From: Octopus vulgaris
Lineage: Eukaryota
NCBI GenBank assembly: GCA_951406725.2
Contig: OX597816.1
Location: 43,834,001 to 43,898,000 of the forward strand
DNA length: 64,000 nt
Direction of reading: 5' to 3'
Both the position numbers and the translations under genes were made by a program. The notes beneath the pieces are model-generated. The model searched no databases and was not told the origin of the DNA. It was given only the letters and a program-made list of their open reading frames with translations. Numbering within the stretch: position 1 is the first letter of the stretch; each line of letters opens with the position of its first letter. Positions 25,695 through 40,735 of the stretch are shown piece by piece.

Positions 25695-27024
25695 TTGATT
25701 GTATGTATCTACAATCGTATGTTTGTTGCGTGTATCGCATATTTAGTTATCAGTACTAAGTAAACGAATAATTAAGACCCTTCTTGAATGACAATTTTCG
25801 AGCGAGTAATTAACCACAAAAAGTGTATAACATACGTGTCATTCACTGTGAATGCCGCGCATATCATAGCTACTTATTTGTCGTTACAAAGTGTTTGGCA
25901 TCCTATTTATGTTCGATGTAACGTTGAAACGATTTTACTTAATAATTATGCTCTTACATTCAAGGCGTTAAATATTGCATATATTTAAAACATTGCTCAG
26001 TTTTAAAGCTTGAACTTATGGCCTACAGAACTCATGGGCTGGAGAACAAGGGGTGCTGGGGGTACAAGCGTATCTCTAAAATTTTCAGGGAGTGCAAAAT
26101 CAAAGTTTGCCCCCAACCTGCTTTCCTCATGAAAACATGGAGTAAAAGATGATCTGTAAAAAGTAGCTTGAAGTTATGTATCTTCTCAAAGAACAAAGAA
26201 CAAAATTAAATATATAAAAATAACAAGACCTCATTTTTAAAAAAAAGCAAACTTCGTTCCGAGGTTGTAACTGAACAATCATTATTTTCTTCAAATGCTC
26301 GAAAATTTTGCTGGCACAATGCTCGCGTTAAACTGGTGCTCGTAAACGCATTTTTATTAAGTTCTCTCGCATGTCTGTATATCTTACGAATTCTGAGATA
26401 TATAAGTTGTATTCAATCTTTTGTTAAGGTTCTTCTTATATGTATCTGTCTTTGTTTATATAGCTGGACTATCGATATGAATTCTTAGCTGTAGGATAAC
26501 CTGAAAGAGACTACGACGCAGCATCCTGCTCGGTGGGGAAGCTAAGCACTACTGGATCTCCTTTCTAAGTGGACTAGTGGATATAATAAGAAATTAGTTT
26601 AACAGTCGTTCAGGGCAAGAAAATACAATAAACATGTGTGTTAGAATAATCAAGTGTAATGTCATAAGGTTGAGGTTATAATAAATATTTCTTTTATCGT
26701 ATTCTTGGAAGATGAAGGAATTAAGAGAGCTATCTTCCAATTGTAATAACGTACTGACAAGTGCTCGTATGCTTTCATTAAAAGGAGTCAGTTTCTCATG
26801 AACTGCCATGGTTTTACTCAGCCGTTGTAGCATTTACACTGTTTTATAATGGGAAATGGAGCTAAAAACCTGCGAACATTAAAACGTTTATTATTAATTC
26901 CTCAGGCTGCTACAATATAATGAAGTGCATAAAAATATTTAAGGATTTATTATAAAGCATCAAATGTTTACACAAAAACTCTTCTTTTTCTTCATAGTTC
27001 ATGTAATATCATTTATTTGTCGTC

Positions 27025-27282
27025 TGTTACTTGTTTCGTTCATTTGACTGCAACCGTGCTGAGGCACCGCTTGTCGGGAGTGTAGCCGATAAATTCCACT
27101 ACAATACATAATTGTTTTAAAGCATGGTAATTATTCTGTCGTTCACTTTTGCCGGACCGCGATGTTACGAGGACGTGAACAATTCAACACCTGTTGTCAG
27201 GTAGTGTTGACAGCAACCACAATAAACAAAAAAAAAAACCGTACACGTACCTCACACATACACGTATGTATATGTATGTATG

Positions 27283-27360
<78 letters not shown>

Positions 27361-27399
27361 TGTATGTATATATATATGTATGTATATATATATGTATGT

Positions 27400-27454
<55 letters not shown>

Positions 27455-27632
27455 TATATATATACACACACATGCCGGGCTTCTTTTAGTTTCCGTCCAC
27501 CAAATCCATTAGCAAAACTTTGTTTGGTCCGGGATTATAGTACAAGTCACTTGCCTAATGTGCCACATGGTGGGAATGATCCTGGAACTATGAGATTGAG
27601 AAGGAAACGTCTTACCACCCAGCCACGCCTAC
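27025..27632 (-). mobile_element. SINE family A, diverged, with expanded internal (TATG/TA)n
   Basis: Tail ttacttgtttcgttcatttgactgc to head cttaccacccagccacgcct. Confidence 0.82.
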
Positions 27633-28160
27633 GTCTGTAATATATAGAATTTATATAATATCAATTAGAAAAATGTGACAAAAGGTTAGATTACTAGCGA
27701 AAAAATCATGAAATAAAACTCGAATCACCAAGTGATAACTAATGGCAAAATAAAACATCGATAAAAAGTTAATAAAATCCGATATTATATAAATATTATA
27801 TAAATTATTATATAATAGCGTATAAATCCGATATTATATAAATATTATAAATGAAGTAATCTTAAATTAACGCATGTAAATAACCAGTTCACTTTTTAAA
27901 CAATTGTTCTACTTATTCTAATATATATTTGATGAATATTGTAGTTATTTGCCTATATTAATCCAGTTTTAATTATCCGTTGAAGTCATTTCCCTTCAAT
28001 AGAAAATGTCTAATCGGCACCTCGACCATATCTTTCGAGGGTTGCAAATTTACAACCTGTGCTGACGAAATTAATCCTCAACAGCGATCCAACTGAAATC
28101 ATAAATCTTAAATCTTTCGTTTCAGTTATTACTTCTTGAATAGTTATAGCTACTATATAA

Positions 28161-28388
28161 ATTTCTTTATTGCCCACAAAGGGCCAAACACAGAAGGAAC
28201 AAACAAGGACAGACAAAGGGATTAAGTCGATTACATCGACCCCAGTGCGTAACTAGTAATTTATTTATCGACCACGAAAGGGTGAAAGACAAAGTAGACC
28301 TCGGCGGAATTTGAACTCAGAACGTAACGACAGACGAAATACCTCTAAGCATTTCGCCCGGCGCGCTAACGTGCCTGCCAGCTCGCCG
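28161..28388 (-). mobile_element. SINE family B, full-length monomer
   Basis: atttctttattgcccacaaagggcc...gcctgccagctcgcc. Confidence 0.92.
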
Positions 28389-28458
28389 ATATTCGCTATC
28401 GATAATTAGTAATAACATATATGTATATATTTACTATCCAGAAAGAGTAATTACTATA

Positions 28459-28807
28459 CTGTTATTTACGACCGGGGTCCATACGACCCCTAAAGGTCTA
28501 TACAAGATTGGGGGGTCCGCAAAACAAAATAGAAAATCGGAGATCAACAATAGTATTTTAAAGGCCCCTGAAAAAAAATTACCTTAGATGTATGTATGGA
28601 ATGCATTGCAAGAAACAGCTAGGTTTCTTTCTCAAACATTTTACATAGTTCACCCTTCACAAGTTAATGTGTGAGTAGCAAAATAGTAATTTTGAAAGAA
28701 GTTTCTATAAACTAGTTTTTTAAACGTTGACTGGATATGAGGGTTCATCACAACAAAATACTAATCAAAGGGTCAAAATATAAATTTTAAAATGGTTGAG
28801 ACCCCTG
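28459..28807. mobile_element. hAT (Charlie-like) MITE remnant
   Basis: Right end aaatggttgagacccctg matches the CAG(G/T)GGTTCTCAACC-type hAT TIR; left end is degenerate (..gaccggggtcc); no clear 8-bp TSD. Confidence 0.5.
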
Positions 28808-30309
28808 AGTTACTCTGTATCACCAGGTCGCTCGACGTGTTCCTAGACAGAACACTTTTGTTCACAAGAGTCTAGTCCTTTCCGTACCGTGGTTATGGGA
28901 GTTTATCACGCGACACATTGCTGTCTCATTCGGCAGGCATTATTGACCTCCTTGTCATTTGCACGCCATAGAGACCCGGAGAAGCTCCGGCTTCATGTTT
29001 ACGTAAATCGTAACAGAACTAAGACCATTTTTAGTATTCAATATGATGTTTCTTTCATTTCCATTTCGGATTTTATTAACTTTTATCGACGTTTTATTTT
29101 GCCTTTATGTATCACTTGGTGGTTCGAGTTTTATTTCATGAATTTTTTTTCCCTAGTAACCTAACCTTTTGTCACAGTTTTCTAATTGATTGTTTTTCTG
29201 TCGTAGAAAGACGTATGCATTTCTTTTCCTGTAAGTTTCATGTCCATTTCTCATGCAATAATTCGACAGCAGACAACAGCTTATATTTTTTTAAAGAAAT
29301 CATTGCATTTCCTTCTTTAACAGCAACTACAAACACACCCATACACATTTATATATCACTACAGAGCAAAAAGCATTGCACCAAACATACCCAATTCATT
29401 TTCTGTTAGTAACGACGTATACTTGATTTGACTACAGTTGTTTTTTTGTTGTTTTTTTTTTTTACTACAGTTGTTAGACAGCTTAGATAATGATTTATTT
29501 GTTATCAAGGCGAGAGTCCGACCTCTTGCAAACAAATACGCTTCTATCTGACTATTTAAACCACATGAGGTTACTTTGTAAGCCGCTGTGTAAACATCAC
29601 CTGTTTCTCATCTTACAAATCCATCTTACATTAAACAGTTTCCGTTGTATAGAAGCCATATTCTTTTGATCCTATCTCTGTCTCACCATCGTCTTCAGTT
29701 TTGCTGCTCTTTTATTCTTTATTTACTTTATTCATCTCGCAGAATGCAATCTAAACACAGCTGTATTTATAAAGACTTAAAAGTTTTGAACAAAAGGAAG
29801 GACAAATGCATTTCTAATCAAGGAAATTAAATTCGCTTCCATATTAAATGACTTTTTTTAATCTAATACTAAAATTACGAATATTAATTAATGAAAATGT
29901 CTACTGAACTTAATCAGGAAACTGCGCTCTGTTATGGTCTAATTCAATACCACTACAGATAAGAAGGTTATATGATCCGAATACAATGTGAGATCCCAAC
30001 CAGTCATTCAGTTTGACAGCAGATATTAGCGAGTGGATTTTGTAGTTTAGCATCAATATACCTGGGATTTATAAAATGGTCTTGCTGATGAAATAATTTA
30101 TAATGTATAAAGTGGGGTTTATTAATTTTCTTTAAGAACTACATATTTCTAATTAGAATCTAACGCAGCATATTGAAGATTTCATTAGTGCAAATTCGAT
30201 AATGAATTAGGAAAATGCACTTTTGCTGAAACGAAATTGTGAACATAAAATTAATGTTTGATTTAAATTAAGTATATATAAACAAAATTAAGAAACAATG
30301 TTCTTTTTT

Positions 30310-30708
30310 GATCGTTTATGTGTTTCAGTCATTTGACTGCGACGACGCTGGAGCACCGTCTTAAAGGGGTTTTAGTCAAATAAATCATCCCTAGGATTTT
30401 TTTTTCTTTCTAAACCTAGTACTTATTCTACCGGTCTCTTTTGTCGGACCGCTAGATTAAGCGTGCTTTAACACGCCAACACCGATTGTCAAGCGGTGGT
30501 GGGAGACAAACACAAACAGAAAAATACACACAGAGACATGTATATAGGACAGATTTCTCTGAGTTTCCGTCTACCAAATCCACTCACAAGGCTTTATTCG
30601 GCCCGAGGCTATAGTAGAAGACATTTGACCAAGTTGCCACGCAGCGGAACTAAACTCGGTACCATGTGGTTGACAATTAGGTTCTTACCACACAGCGACG
30701 CATGCGCC
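30310..30708 (-). mobile_element. SINE family A
   Basis: tgtttcagtcatttgactgc...ttccgtctaccaaatccactcacaagg...cttaccacacagcg. Confidence 0.88.
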
Positions 30709-32253
30709 TGGCAACATGCTGTGGATATTATATTGTATTATTTTCAAGATAAATTAAATGGAAAAGCTAAAAATGTGTTTTAGTGACCATTTCGTTCACT
30801 TAACCATTTACCTGTCCTGTGTATGACACATGATACAGTGGACATATTCCCACGATATCCAGGTATCATATAGGATTCTCATTCGCAAACTTTTTCAACC
30901 ACAAGGGTAAATTGAGACTTATGAAAAGAGAACTTTATATTCTTCAAAAGGTTAAGCTTGTTAATTAAACTTTACATTCTTCAAAAGAGCTAAGCTTTTT
31001 AATTAAATGAAATTTTGCTGCAAATGAAAAATAAGTTCAGACTAGATGTGAAGATATAGTCTCAATGACCTGTGCTAGTAGGTTTCGTAATCGGTCAACA
31101 TTCATAAGAAAAAGGACCTTCCTGAAAATAATCACAAGAATTTAATTTCAATTCTTGGCCTTCATAGGAAAGAATCGAATATGTACTACTTTGCTTAGAT
31201 CTTGTTCTGGGAAAGCTTTATACAAAATAAAATCTTGGAAACATTGCAGTCAAATTTACGAAATTATTTGATCGCTTTTGTTCCTGTTATATTTAGTGTG
31301 TATTTCGGAATCCGTCTAATTGTTCACAAAATAACATATTTACTCGTAAATGGTCTGTATCCATTCATACCAACATCCTTTCATTTATTTAATTTTTTTC
31401 TTTCCTTTCCACACAGTTTCATTCTTACTTTTTCTGTTAATTGCATTTTCCTCATATTTACATTATTGTTATTTTCTGCCTTTCTTTATTCTCCTTCCAT
31501 CCGTGTTCCTGATATACATAAGTACACCGTTTTACGTACACAAGGCGACACGCTTATCACATACATAGCTTATGTGTGGTTTTCCTACACAAATTATCAC
31601 AAACCAGTTTACTTTATACAGTATAAGCAGTTGCCAATATCTCGGCATTATATATGATGTTCTTACTACTGCTCTGACTATAAAACTGAATATCCTGTAA
31701 TGACTCTCTTACTGAACTGGAATGATTTTGTTTAACCTGATTCAGAACTGAAATGCCCTTTTCTACATTTAAAAGTAAAGAACAGATTTGTTCTCCTTTT
31801 GATACTAAAATTTCTCTCTTACATTCGAAAGTTCGTCATTTCTTAGAAAATAAATGTAATTAAAGTTAGTGCGCTTTTTGACAGGTCGTGCGTTTCAGAG
31901 CTAGTTGACTTCTGTAGTTTCTTGTGATATTCTGTCTTATGATAAGTTAAGGTTTATCACCAACGTCAGCGTCAGTGTAGCAATAATAAAAAAAAAATAA
32001 TAATAGCAGCAATAGTAGATTAGTTCAGTAATAGTAGCGTTGCTTGTGATAACTGTGAGACAGCTTAGAGTAAGTTATCGAATAAAAAGAACCTAAATTG
32101 GCACATATCTCAGAATACTGTCGGCGACGTTGAGCTGATATTCTACACTTGGGATATTATTCTCTAAATTACAGGTTTGGATAAGTTTCATTTAGTGAAA
32201 ACCCAGTGTTGCATATGCTGAAAGTTTACTCACTCAGTGACAGAGATGCTGCC

Positions 32254-32289
<36 letters not shown>

Positions 32290-32419
32290 GCGAGGGTGTT
32301 CGTAAAGTAGAATAAATACTGCTCGCTACAGAAGAATGACACAACGTAAAGAGTTGAAATAAGGTTTCCCTAATGCAACAATCTATCACTGTCGTTCTAC
32401 TGCGGGTATAACAGGAAAT

Positions 32420-32456
<37 letters not shown>

Positions 32457-32830
32457 TGGTGGTTGTGGTGGTGGTGGTAGTAGTAGTAGTATTCAGTTGT
32501 CACCATGCTAAGAAAATTACCACTGCTATTTTAACGTATACACACGTTCTCTCTCTTTTTCGCGCGCACACAAATTCACACACACACACACACACATACA
32601 CACACACACACACTCATATATATGCACATGCAAGTATAATATATATGTGTTTGTGAGTGTTTGCGTCTCTCTCTCTCTTTATATATATATATATATACAT
32701 ACACATATATATATATGTATATGTATACATACATTTATATATATATATATATATGTATATGTATACATACATTTATATATATATATATGCATATATATAC
32801 ATATGCATATATATATATACACATAAATAT

Positions 32831-32913
<83 letters not shown>

Positions 32914-33920
32914 ATACATAAACAATACATATATATATATTGATTATGTATGACTGTATATGTGAAAATACACCTTTACGCCCTATACATATCTAAGTGA
33001 CGCAGGTAGTCCACACTCCCGTGCCGTTGTGTATGTTTGTGGATGAATGTAATTGAGTCAAATATTTATTTTTTCTTAAATGAGTTTGATGTAGAAATTG
33101 AAAGGTTGATCAAATGGAAAACGGGAGAGAAAGGTAGAAAATGAAATGCGTGCGTATTGGAAATCTATTGGAAATGAAAATTAATCAATACGTTTCATGG
33201 GTTGATTGTTCCTCAGTTAAATATAAGAGACTGAAAATATATAAAAATGAAAGAAAGTAATATTTAGATAAAAGGGAAGAAGGTTTTCATTCCTGTTTTA
33301 GGTGAACCGAGAAAAAAAAAATAGATATTTCAAAAACATTGTAAATATTTAAGAGTTTGAAGGAGGAAAGAGAGAAAGGGTTGAAATGAGAGAAAGAGGA
33401 ACAGTGAATAGGTAGAGAAAGGAGAGTAAGAGGCATAGACAGAGGGACAAATGAAGAAAGCATATGCAAGAACGAGAGCTGAAACGGAAAATAAAATAGT
33501 GCGGGAGTCGGGTATGTACACAAGAGAGAAATGGTGAAGTGGAAACGTGAACGTTTTTCGCTATAGAATTGCATGTTAAATGTAAGAAGTGTTTTAAATG
33601 CATTACCAAACAAAACCGAGTTTCAAACATCAAATAAAACGGTGATGAGTGAAAGAGAGTGTAGTACGACGGTGTAAATTGGTAATAATAAGAAATATAG
33701 AGACAGAGAATACAAAAGGAGGGGGTGTGGAGAAGAGGAAGAGGTAGTATTATGCCGATATTAAGTAAAGGATAATATGGTAAAGGAAAAAAAACAAAAT
33801 GGAAGTTATTCTGACATTCATTATGAAAGCCTTGAGAAGGCAGTTTCACAGTGGGAGATGAATAATAGATAAACAGATCTCAATTATATTCATTCCTCTA
33901 TCTTGAAAGAAATAATAATG

Positions 33921-33985
<65 letters not shown>

Positions 33986-34123
33986 ATATATATTTACATG
34001 TATATATATATATGTATGTAGTTGGGGTGTGTTCTGTTAAGAACGTATGAGTACAAATAGAGTGATTAAAAAGCTGCCTAACCGTACTTACTCTTCCTTT
34101 TGACTCTTTTACATCTTACTTTT

Positions 34124-34170
<47 letters not shown>

Positions 34171-34336
34171 AATGTACACACACATGTAATGTAATATATA
34201 CATACATATACATATACATGTTATTGTAACGTAGTTACGTGTCGCCAATTATTGTAGTATCGTCACTATTTATGACGATACTTGTTCTCACTATAACCGT
34301 GTAGTAAAAATAGAATATATAATTTAGCAGGGAGCC

Positions 34337-34473
34337 TTTAGTCGAGCAAATCGACACCTTTAAGCCCAGTACTTATTCTATCGGTCTCTTTTGCCGAACC
34401 GCTAAGTTTCAGGGACATTAAACAGACCAGCATTGGTTGCCAAGCGACATTGGGGGACAAATACAGACGCACA

Positions 34474-34480
<7 letters not shown>
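34337..34480 (-). mobile_element. SINE family A, 3' fragment
   Basis: tttagtcgagcaaatcgac...agtacttattctatcggtctcttttgccgaaccgctaag. Confidence 0.82.
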
Positions 34481-34547
<67 letters not shown>

Positions 34548-34549
34548 TG

Positions 34550-34592
<43 letters not shown>

Positions 34593-34606
34593 TGTATATA
34601 TATATG

Positions 34607-35335
34607 CAAGCTCAAAAAGGTAACAGAATGTCATAATAAACCTTAAAAATATGGGATTTGCTTTGTTGCTCAAAAGTATTGGAATCGCTATATGTTGTAC
34701 ATTATGTGGCATCTTAAAATGAAATGAGATTCGTCTGTGAATTACGATATCACAATAATTATTAAACCGACTAAGAAGTATAAAAATTTGAAAATGTACA
34801 AAATATGATATTTAACTTCGGATAAGTAAATTCATTATAATCGAATACCAAAGTATATAAAAAGTCATATTTCACACTGCATGCAAATTACCATAATAAT
34901 GATAATAATAAAAACTGGATTAATGATGAAGTCGAATCTACTTATCAGTGAAAGTACGAAACCGACATAATTATAAGTAAGGATAATTCGCATTATGATA
35001 CACATATTCATGCACTAGTTATGAGAATTAAACAAATTATTGCTAAATTATTTTTGATCGATTGCAAGTAAGTTTATAAAAATTATCATTCATAGATTGA
35101 ATTATTGCGTAAAGATGACATTAGTATTTGCACACAATTGTTTTGTTAAAATTGAGTATACGATAATTTAACTTAAATTAATTTTTTGATATAACTTAAT
35201 TTCGATGAATTAAACAGATTTCTTGTGATAAAAGGATGCCACGGAATATGCAGTATATAGCGATTCCAATAGCTTTGAGCAACAAAGCTAGTCCCATACA
35301 GTTTATTATGACATTCTGTAACCCTTTTGAGCGTG
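34607..35335. mobile_element. MITE with diverged TIRs of at least 105 bp
   Basis: caagctcaaaaaggtaacagaatgtcataataaac...ggaatcgctata...gtggcatc (34607-34712) is inverted at 35234-35335; AT-rich spacer; no clear TSD. Confidence 0.75.
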
Positions 35336-35503
35336 AGCGTTTTTAAATTCTAATTTTATTCTTTTTAAGGCAAAGCTTATAATATCTTATAATATATCTG
35401 AGATATATATATATATATATATATATAGTGTGTGTGTGTGTGTATGTACATACATATTTGTGCACATACATGCACATACACGTATATATTACTCGCTTAA
35501 TCT

Positions 35504-35547
<44 letters not shown>

Positions 35548-36659
35548 ACATATACGTGTGTGCATGCATGTACAGGGTGGGTGAAGGATACGGACGTAGA
35601 GAATCTACGGAACGGTTTTGCTGAGATAAATTTATAAAATCAAGAAGATAGCGGATGAAATGACGAAATAGATATAAGAGTAAAATGAAAGAAAGCAATA
35701 TCAGCAACAATACTTCGTAATACAGTATGCATACGCACATACATACATACATATACGCACACACACATATATATACATATATACATATATACGTACACAT
35801 ATATCTACATATATATACATATATACATATACACACAGATATGTACATATATATATATATATATATACATACATGCATACACACATATATATATACATAC
35901 ATGCATATATATATATATACATACATAAATATATATACGTATACGCATATGCATAAGTATACACACATAAATATATGGAGAGCACGATGGTGCTATGGTG
36001 ATATGCACTCATAGGGAAAAATACAATTATTAACTGCACATGGATCATAAAAGTTAGATATGTGATAAATACGTATAAATATGTTCGTAGAAAAGTGTGC
36101 ATGATAGTGATACAGGTTGATGAGATACTTTGGGGGACGAAAGCATGAATGTAGAGAATAAGGCGTTAAGAAAATATTAAAATTCTGTCGAGAGAGAGAG
36201 AGAGAGAGAAAAATGCAAATTCGAAATTCAAAAAAAAAAATATAAAGACCTAAAAGAAAAACCTAAGCTAAGGAAAACAGAAAGAAACCGTTAATGTATA
36301 TGGAACCTGATAAATAAAAAGAAAAAAAAAACGAAACATAGACACACAAATATGTACGCTAAAAAGCTCCTGCCTCTCCCCATGGAAAAAAAACTGCGAC
36401 CTCTGAAAAAGCCTATGTCACCAAAAAAAAAAAAAAAAAATGTATAAACATAAATGGCAGCAACCTCAGTTTAGTTTCTAATGGCATCGATAAATTGTCA
36501 AACAGAGACCCAGGCTTAATGAATTTCTGTATATTTTTCCCTCTCTCGCTCTCGCTCTCCCTCTCCCTTCTTCTTACGTATACGCCAACAAATGCGTACA
36601 ATACGCATGCGTGTGTTTGTATGCATATATATATATATATATAATACATGCACATACAT

Positions 36660-37230
36660 TTATACACGCATATATATGTACACATATACATGTATGTATA
36701 TATGTATATATATGTATGTATGTATGTATATATGTGTACGTATATATGTATGTGTGTGTATATATATATATATGTATATATATATATGTATGTATATATA
36801 TATATATATGTATGTATATATATATATATATATGTATGTATATATATATATATGTATGTATATATATATGTGTATGTATATATATATATATGTATGTATA
36901 TATGTATATATATGTGTATATGTATGTATATATATGTGTATATGTATGTATATATATGTGTATATGTATGTATATATATGTGTATGTATATATATTTATA
37001 TATGTATGTGTATGTATATATATTTATATATGTATGTGTATGTATATATATTTATATATGTATGTATATGCATATATATATATGTATATATATATATATG
37101 TCTGTATGTACATATGTACGTATATATATTTATATGTATACGCATGTATATATTCATTAATGTATGTATACACGCACATTTATACATGTGCGTAGGTGTA
37201 CGCATATGTATGTATATGTGTGTGTGCGTG
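36660..37230. repeat. Long degenerate (TA)/(TATG) microsatellite
   Basis: Source of the 230-aa YIYM pseudo-ORF. Confidence 0.97.
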
Positions 37231-38100
37231 TGTTTGTGTGTGGCTGGTCCATTTACTTTGACATATGGATCTTTTGATCTGTAAATATTTACTACATATA
37301 TCCTTGATAAACCATTTGCTGTCTCTCAGATCGTTTCCTGTTTTTATTGAAGGTGAGGTTATATGACAGTCTCCATGTGTGTTTGCGCCTAGGTGTCTAT
37401 GTATGTATGTATGTATGTATGTATGTATGTATGTATGTATGTATGTATGTATGTATGTATGTATGTATGTATGTACGTGTGAGTGTGTGTATGCCTGTGT
37501 ATGTGTAAGGACTCTGTTAACTATGTGTATGTTGGGGTTCATATGTACAGATCTTTGGTGTATGATATGTATTCCACAGTGTATGACTACGAGTGTTTGC
37601 GGACAGACTTCCACGAAAGTGATAAGTGCTTTTCCACTAAGTACATAAGTTAGAGTGTATGTGTGAATCTATACATCAGTGAGATCGCTTCGGTTGTTCC
37701 TATGTATGCGTTTGTGTATGGGTGTATGTATATTTGCGTGCGTGCGTGTTTGTATGTGTGTGCGCGAAGTCCTTGTTTTTAAGCATATGTGTATGTGCGT
37801 ATGTGTGTGTGTGTGTGTGTGTGCTGCATATTTCGGAGTGTAAGTGTGTGATCGTGGGAATACTGTGTACTGAGTGATAAGTGATTTTCTTTTTTGCGTT
37901 ATTTTTTCTCCGTGCATATGTGTATGTACGTGTCTATTTTTACCTCTATGTGCTTTCGTTCGGTTATTTGCCTGCGTATGTTTCTATCAGGAAGGAATTT
38001 TTTGTTTGTCAGAGCAAGCACTACAGTGATAGGACGAATACTGTTGATATAAAAATAAGTATAGTGAAAATGATGGTGCTTGTCTATACATGCATACATG

Positions 38101-38153
<53 letters not shown>

Positions 38154-38206
38154 TTGTGTGTATTTGTGTACCTATATGTATGTATTGCATGCATATGCAT
38201 AAATAC

Positions 38207-38240
<34 letters not shown>

Positions 38241-38243
38241 ACA

Positions 38244-38290
<47 letters not shown>

Positions 38291-38296
38291 ACATGC

Positions 38297-38340
<44 letters not shown>

Positions 38341-40104
38341 ATAATCTGTTTGTTTAGATGATATTGATGGCATCAAAGAAAGAGGTTGGTAGATAAGTAA
38401 AGCAGAAGAGAGATAAATAGATAAAATTGGCAAGTGTTATGAAAAGAATGATTCCCCACCCCCCACCACGCAAAAATACAATATAAGCATATAGTTATTC
38501 TGTTCATTACATTTTATTTGCCAGTTGGTGAACATTTATTGTCTTTGGTTGCATCTTTTCGAGCAGATCAATCACTGCATCACACCATCTCTTATGGTGA
38601 GTGTGAGAAAGGACCATGTGCATCAATATCCTCATGAGCATTGGTTTATCTGTTTTCGCGACCGTGTTTATATCCACTGCAAATATATATTGGTAAAAGA
38701 AACTCACCTAAGACCTCGCTACAGACACACAAATATATGCTTATCTACCTCACTCTCTCTATATATATATATGCATATAATTTGTTTCGGTTCCGGAGTA
38801 GTGGTAATGTATGGTCGATTGGATATAGTACATCTTCATTAATCTTTAATTTTTGGCATTTGTTGAATGGGGTGATTTGATGTTGCTGCCCCCATTTTCG
38901 CTTCCTGGCCTGAATTTGACTCATAAGTGACTATTCACAGTAGGAGATCTATTTCTGTTATCTACATCTACTCCGTGAAAATCTCCCAAGTTTTTCGGGC
39001 CTATATTGAAAAGCTGTGGTACCTTGAATCCCAAGCTATTGTAATATTTGGTCTTGTATTTTGATTGATGTCGAAATGACTGTGGAGCAATATAAAATGA
39101 AGGATTTAGTTAGTGAACTCGACAAATCGCTTTGTTCTGCAATAGAAACCGCGACTTGCGCTCTTGAATGAGTCACCCTATCCACCCCGCCATGTGGCTT
39201 CACATTTGTATGTGGGGAGGTATGGACACATGCTAGCAAAGATGCAAAAACTAAAACTGGCGAAGAAAATAGCACTCGAGTGCCAAAGATATTGGATCTA
39301 TATGATTTCGTATTTATTGCATTTTATCTCTTAATTTGTTAATATGAACTTTCATTCACCATGATATATATTACATGGTTGTATATCACATATTATATTT
39401 TATTGCATTGCTTCCATATCCCTCATTTTTTAAAGAACTTTACTCCCTCATTCAAGTAATTCTGTCGGTTAGTTACGCATCGCGATACGCATATTTTCCT
39501 GTGCCCTTGAATTTTTCGAAATTCAATTTTGTCCGTTTTATATCAGTCACCATATTTCCCCCTCACCGTTTGTCTCTTTACTGTTTTCCCCTTACCTCTT
39601 TAACTCTTTGTATATCTTATTTTATTATCAATTATAGGGCATCCTAATCGCCCTCCGCTCTGTTTATGGCCAGCTGTAAAGATATATGGTGTCAATTTTA
39701 ATTTTTTGTATATTGTAACCTAGATACCATTTCTTCTTTTATTTTGCCTTTTCATTTTCATTGTCACATCCCTGCATCTTCTTCCTGTTCTTCCTTCACC
39801 CCTTTTTCTTTTCCCTCAACATCTTCTTAGTTTCTATATGTTACTTTTGTTTTCTTCCACTGCTTTAACTTCCCTACCCTTCCTTTCTGGTAAACATATC
39901 TATTATTTTTAAATTTTTAAGTTTGTATTTTTATCATTTACTTGTTTTTCGTGATAACTCATTTGTTTTATCTTCATAATTCTAATTTTTATTGGTATTT
40001 CTTTTTTAAATTACAGCATTTTACCTTAAATCTTGGCATGAACTTCGTCTTTTTCCCTTACTATATTCATTGTGCTTCTTTCCATGAGTATAGACGAATT
40101 ATAT

Positions 40105-40299
40105 TCTTTTCTACACTAGGCAAAGGCCCGAAACTTTTTAGATCGACCCTAGTACGCAACTGGTTCCTAATTTATCGATCCCGAAAGGATGAAAGGCAAA
40201 GTCGACATCGGTGAAATTTGAACTCAGAACGTAGCGACGGGCGAAACACCGTCAAGCACCTCGTCCAGCGTGCTAACGATTCTGCCCCCTCACCGCCTT
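40105..40299 (-). mobile_element. SINE family B
   Basis: gatcgaccctagtacgcaactgg...gaaaggatgaaaggcaaagtcgac...caccgcc. Confidence 0.88.
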
Positions 40300-40304
40300 A
40301 AATA

Positions 40305-40507
40305 TTCTCTTTCTCTTTTACTTGTCATTTGACTGCGGCCATGCTGGAGCACCGCCTTTAATCGAGAAAATCGACCCCGGGACTTATTCTTTGTAAGCCC
40401 AGTACTAATTCTATCGGTCTCTTTTGCTGAACCGCTAAGTGACGGCGACGTAAACACACCAGCATTGTCAAGCAATGCTAGGGGGACAAACACAGACACA
40501 TAAACAT

Positions 40508-40568
<61 letters not shown>

Positions 40569-40735
40569 TATACGACAGGCTTCTTTCAGTTTCCGTCTAC
40601 CAAATCCACTCACAAGGCTTTGGTCGGCCCGAGGCTATAGTAGAAGACACTTGCCCAAGATACCACGCAGTGGGACTGAACCCGGAACCATGTGGTTGGT
40701 AAGCAAGCTACTTACCACACAGCCACTCCTGCACC
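40305..40735 (-). mobile_element. SINE family A, full length
   Basis: Near-consensus copy from the ttctcttttacttg tail to the cttaccacacagccactcctgcacc head. Confidence 0.95.

Noticed and set aside
26594-26833. ORF faintly resembling a hAT transposase C-terminal region
   Set aside because: Similarity limited to a few residues; cannot be supported without an HMM search.
30931-31008. Short local duplications (also 27775-27850, 43718-43767, 54811-54862)
   Set aside because: Ordinary slippage duplications with no further structure.
36592-37284. Longest ORF (230 aa) and the many other YIYI/VCVC/THTH ORFs
   Set aside because: Translations of (TA)n, (TG)n and (TATG)n microsatellites that lack stops in several frames; no protein-like content.
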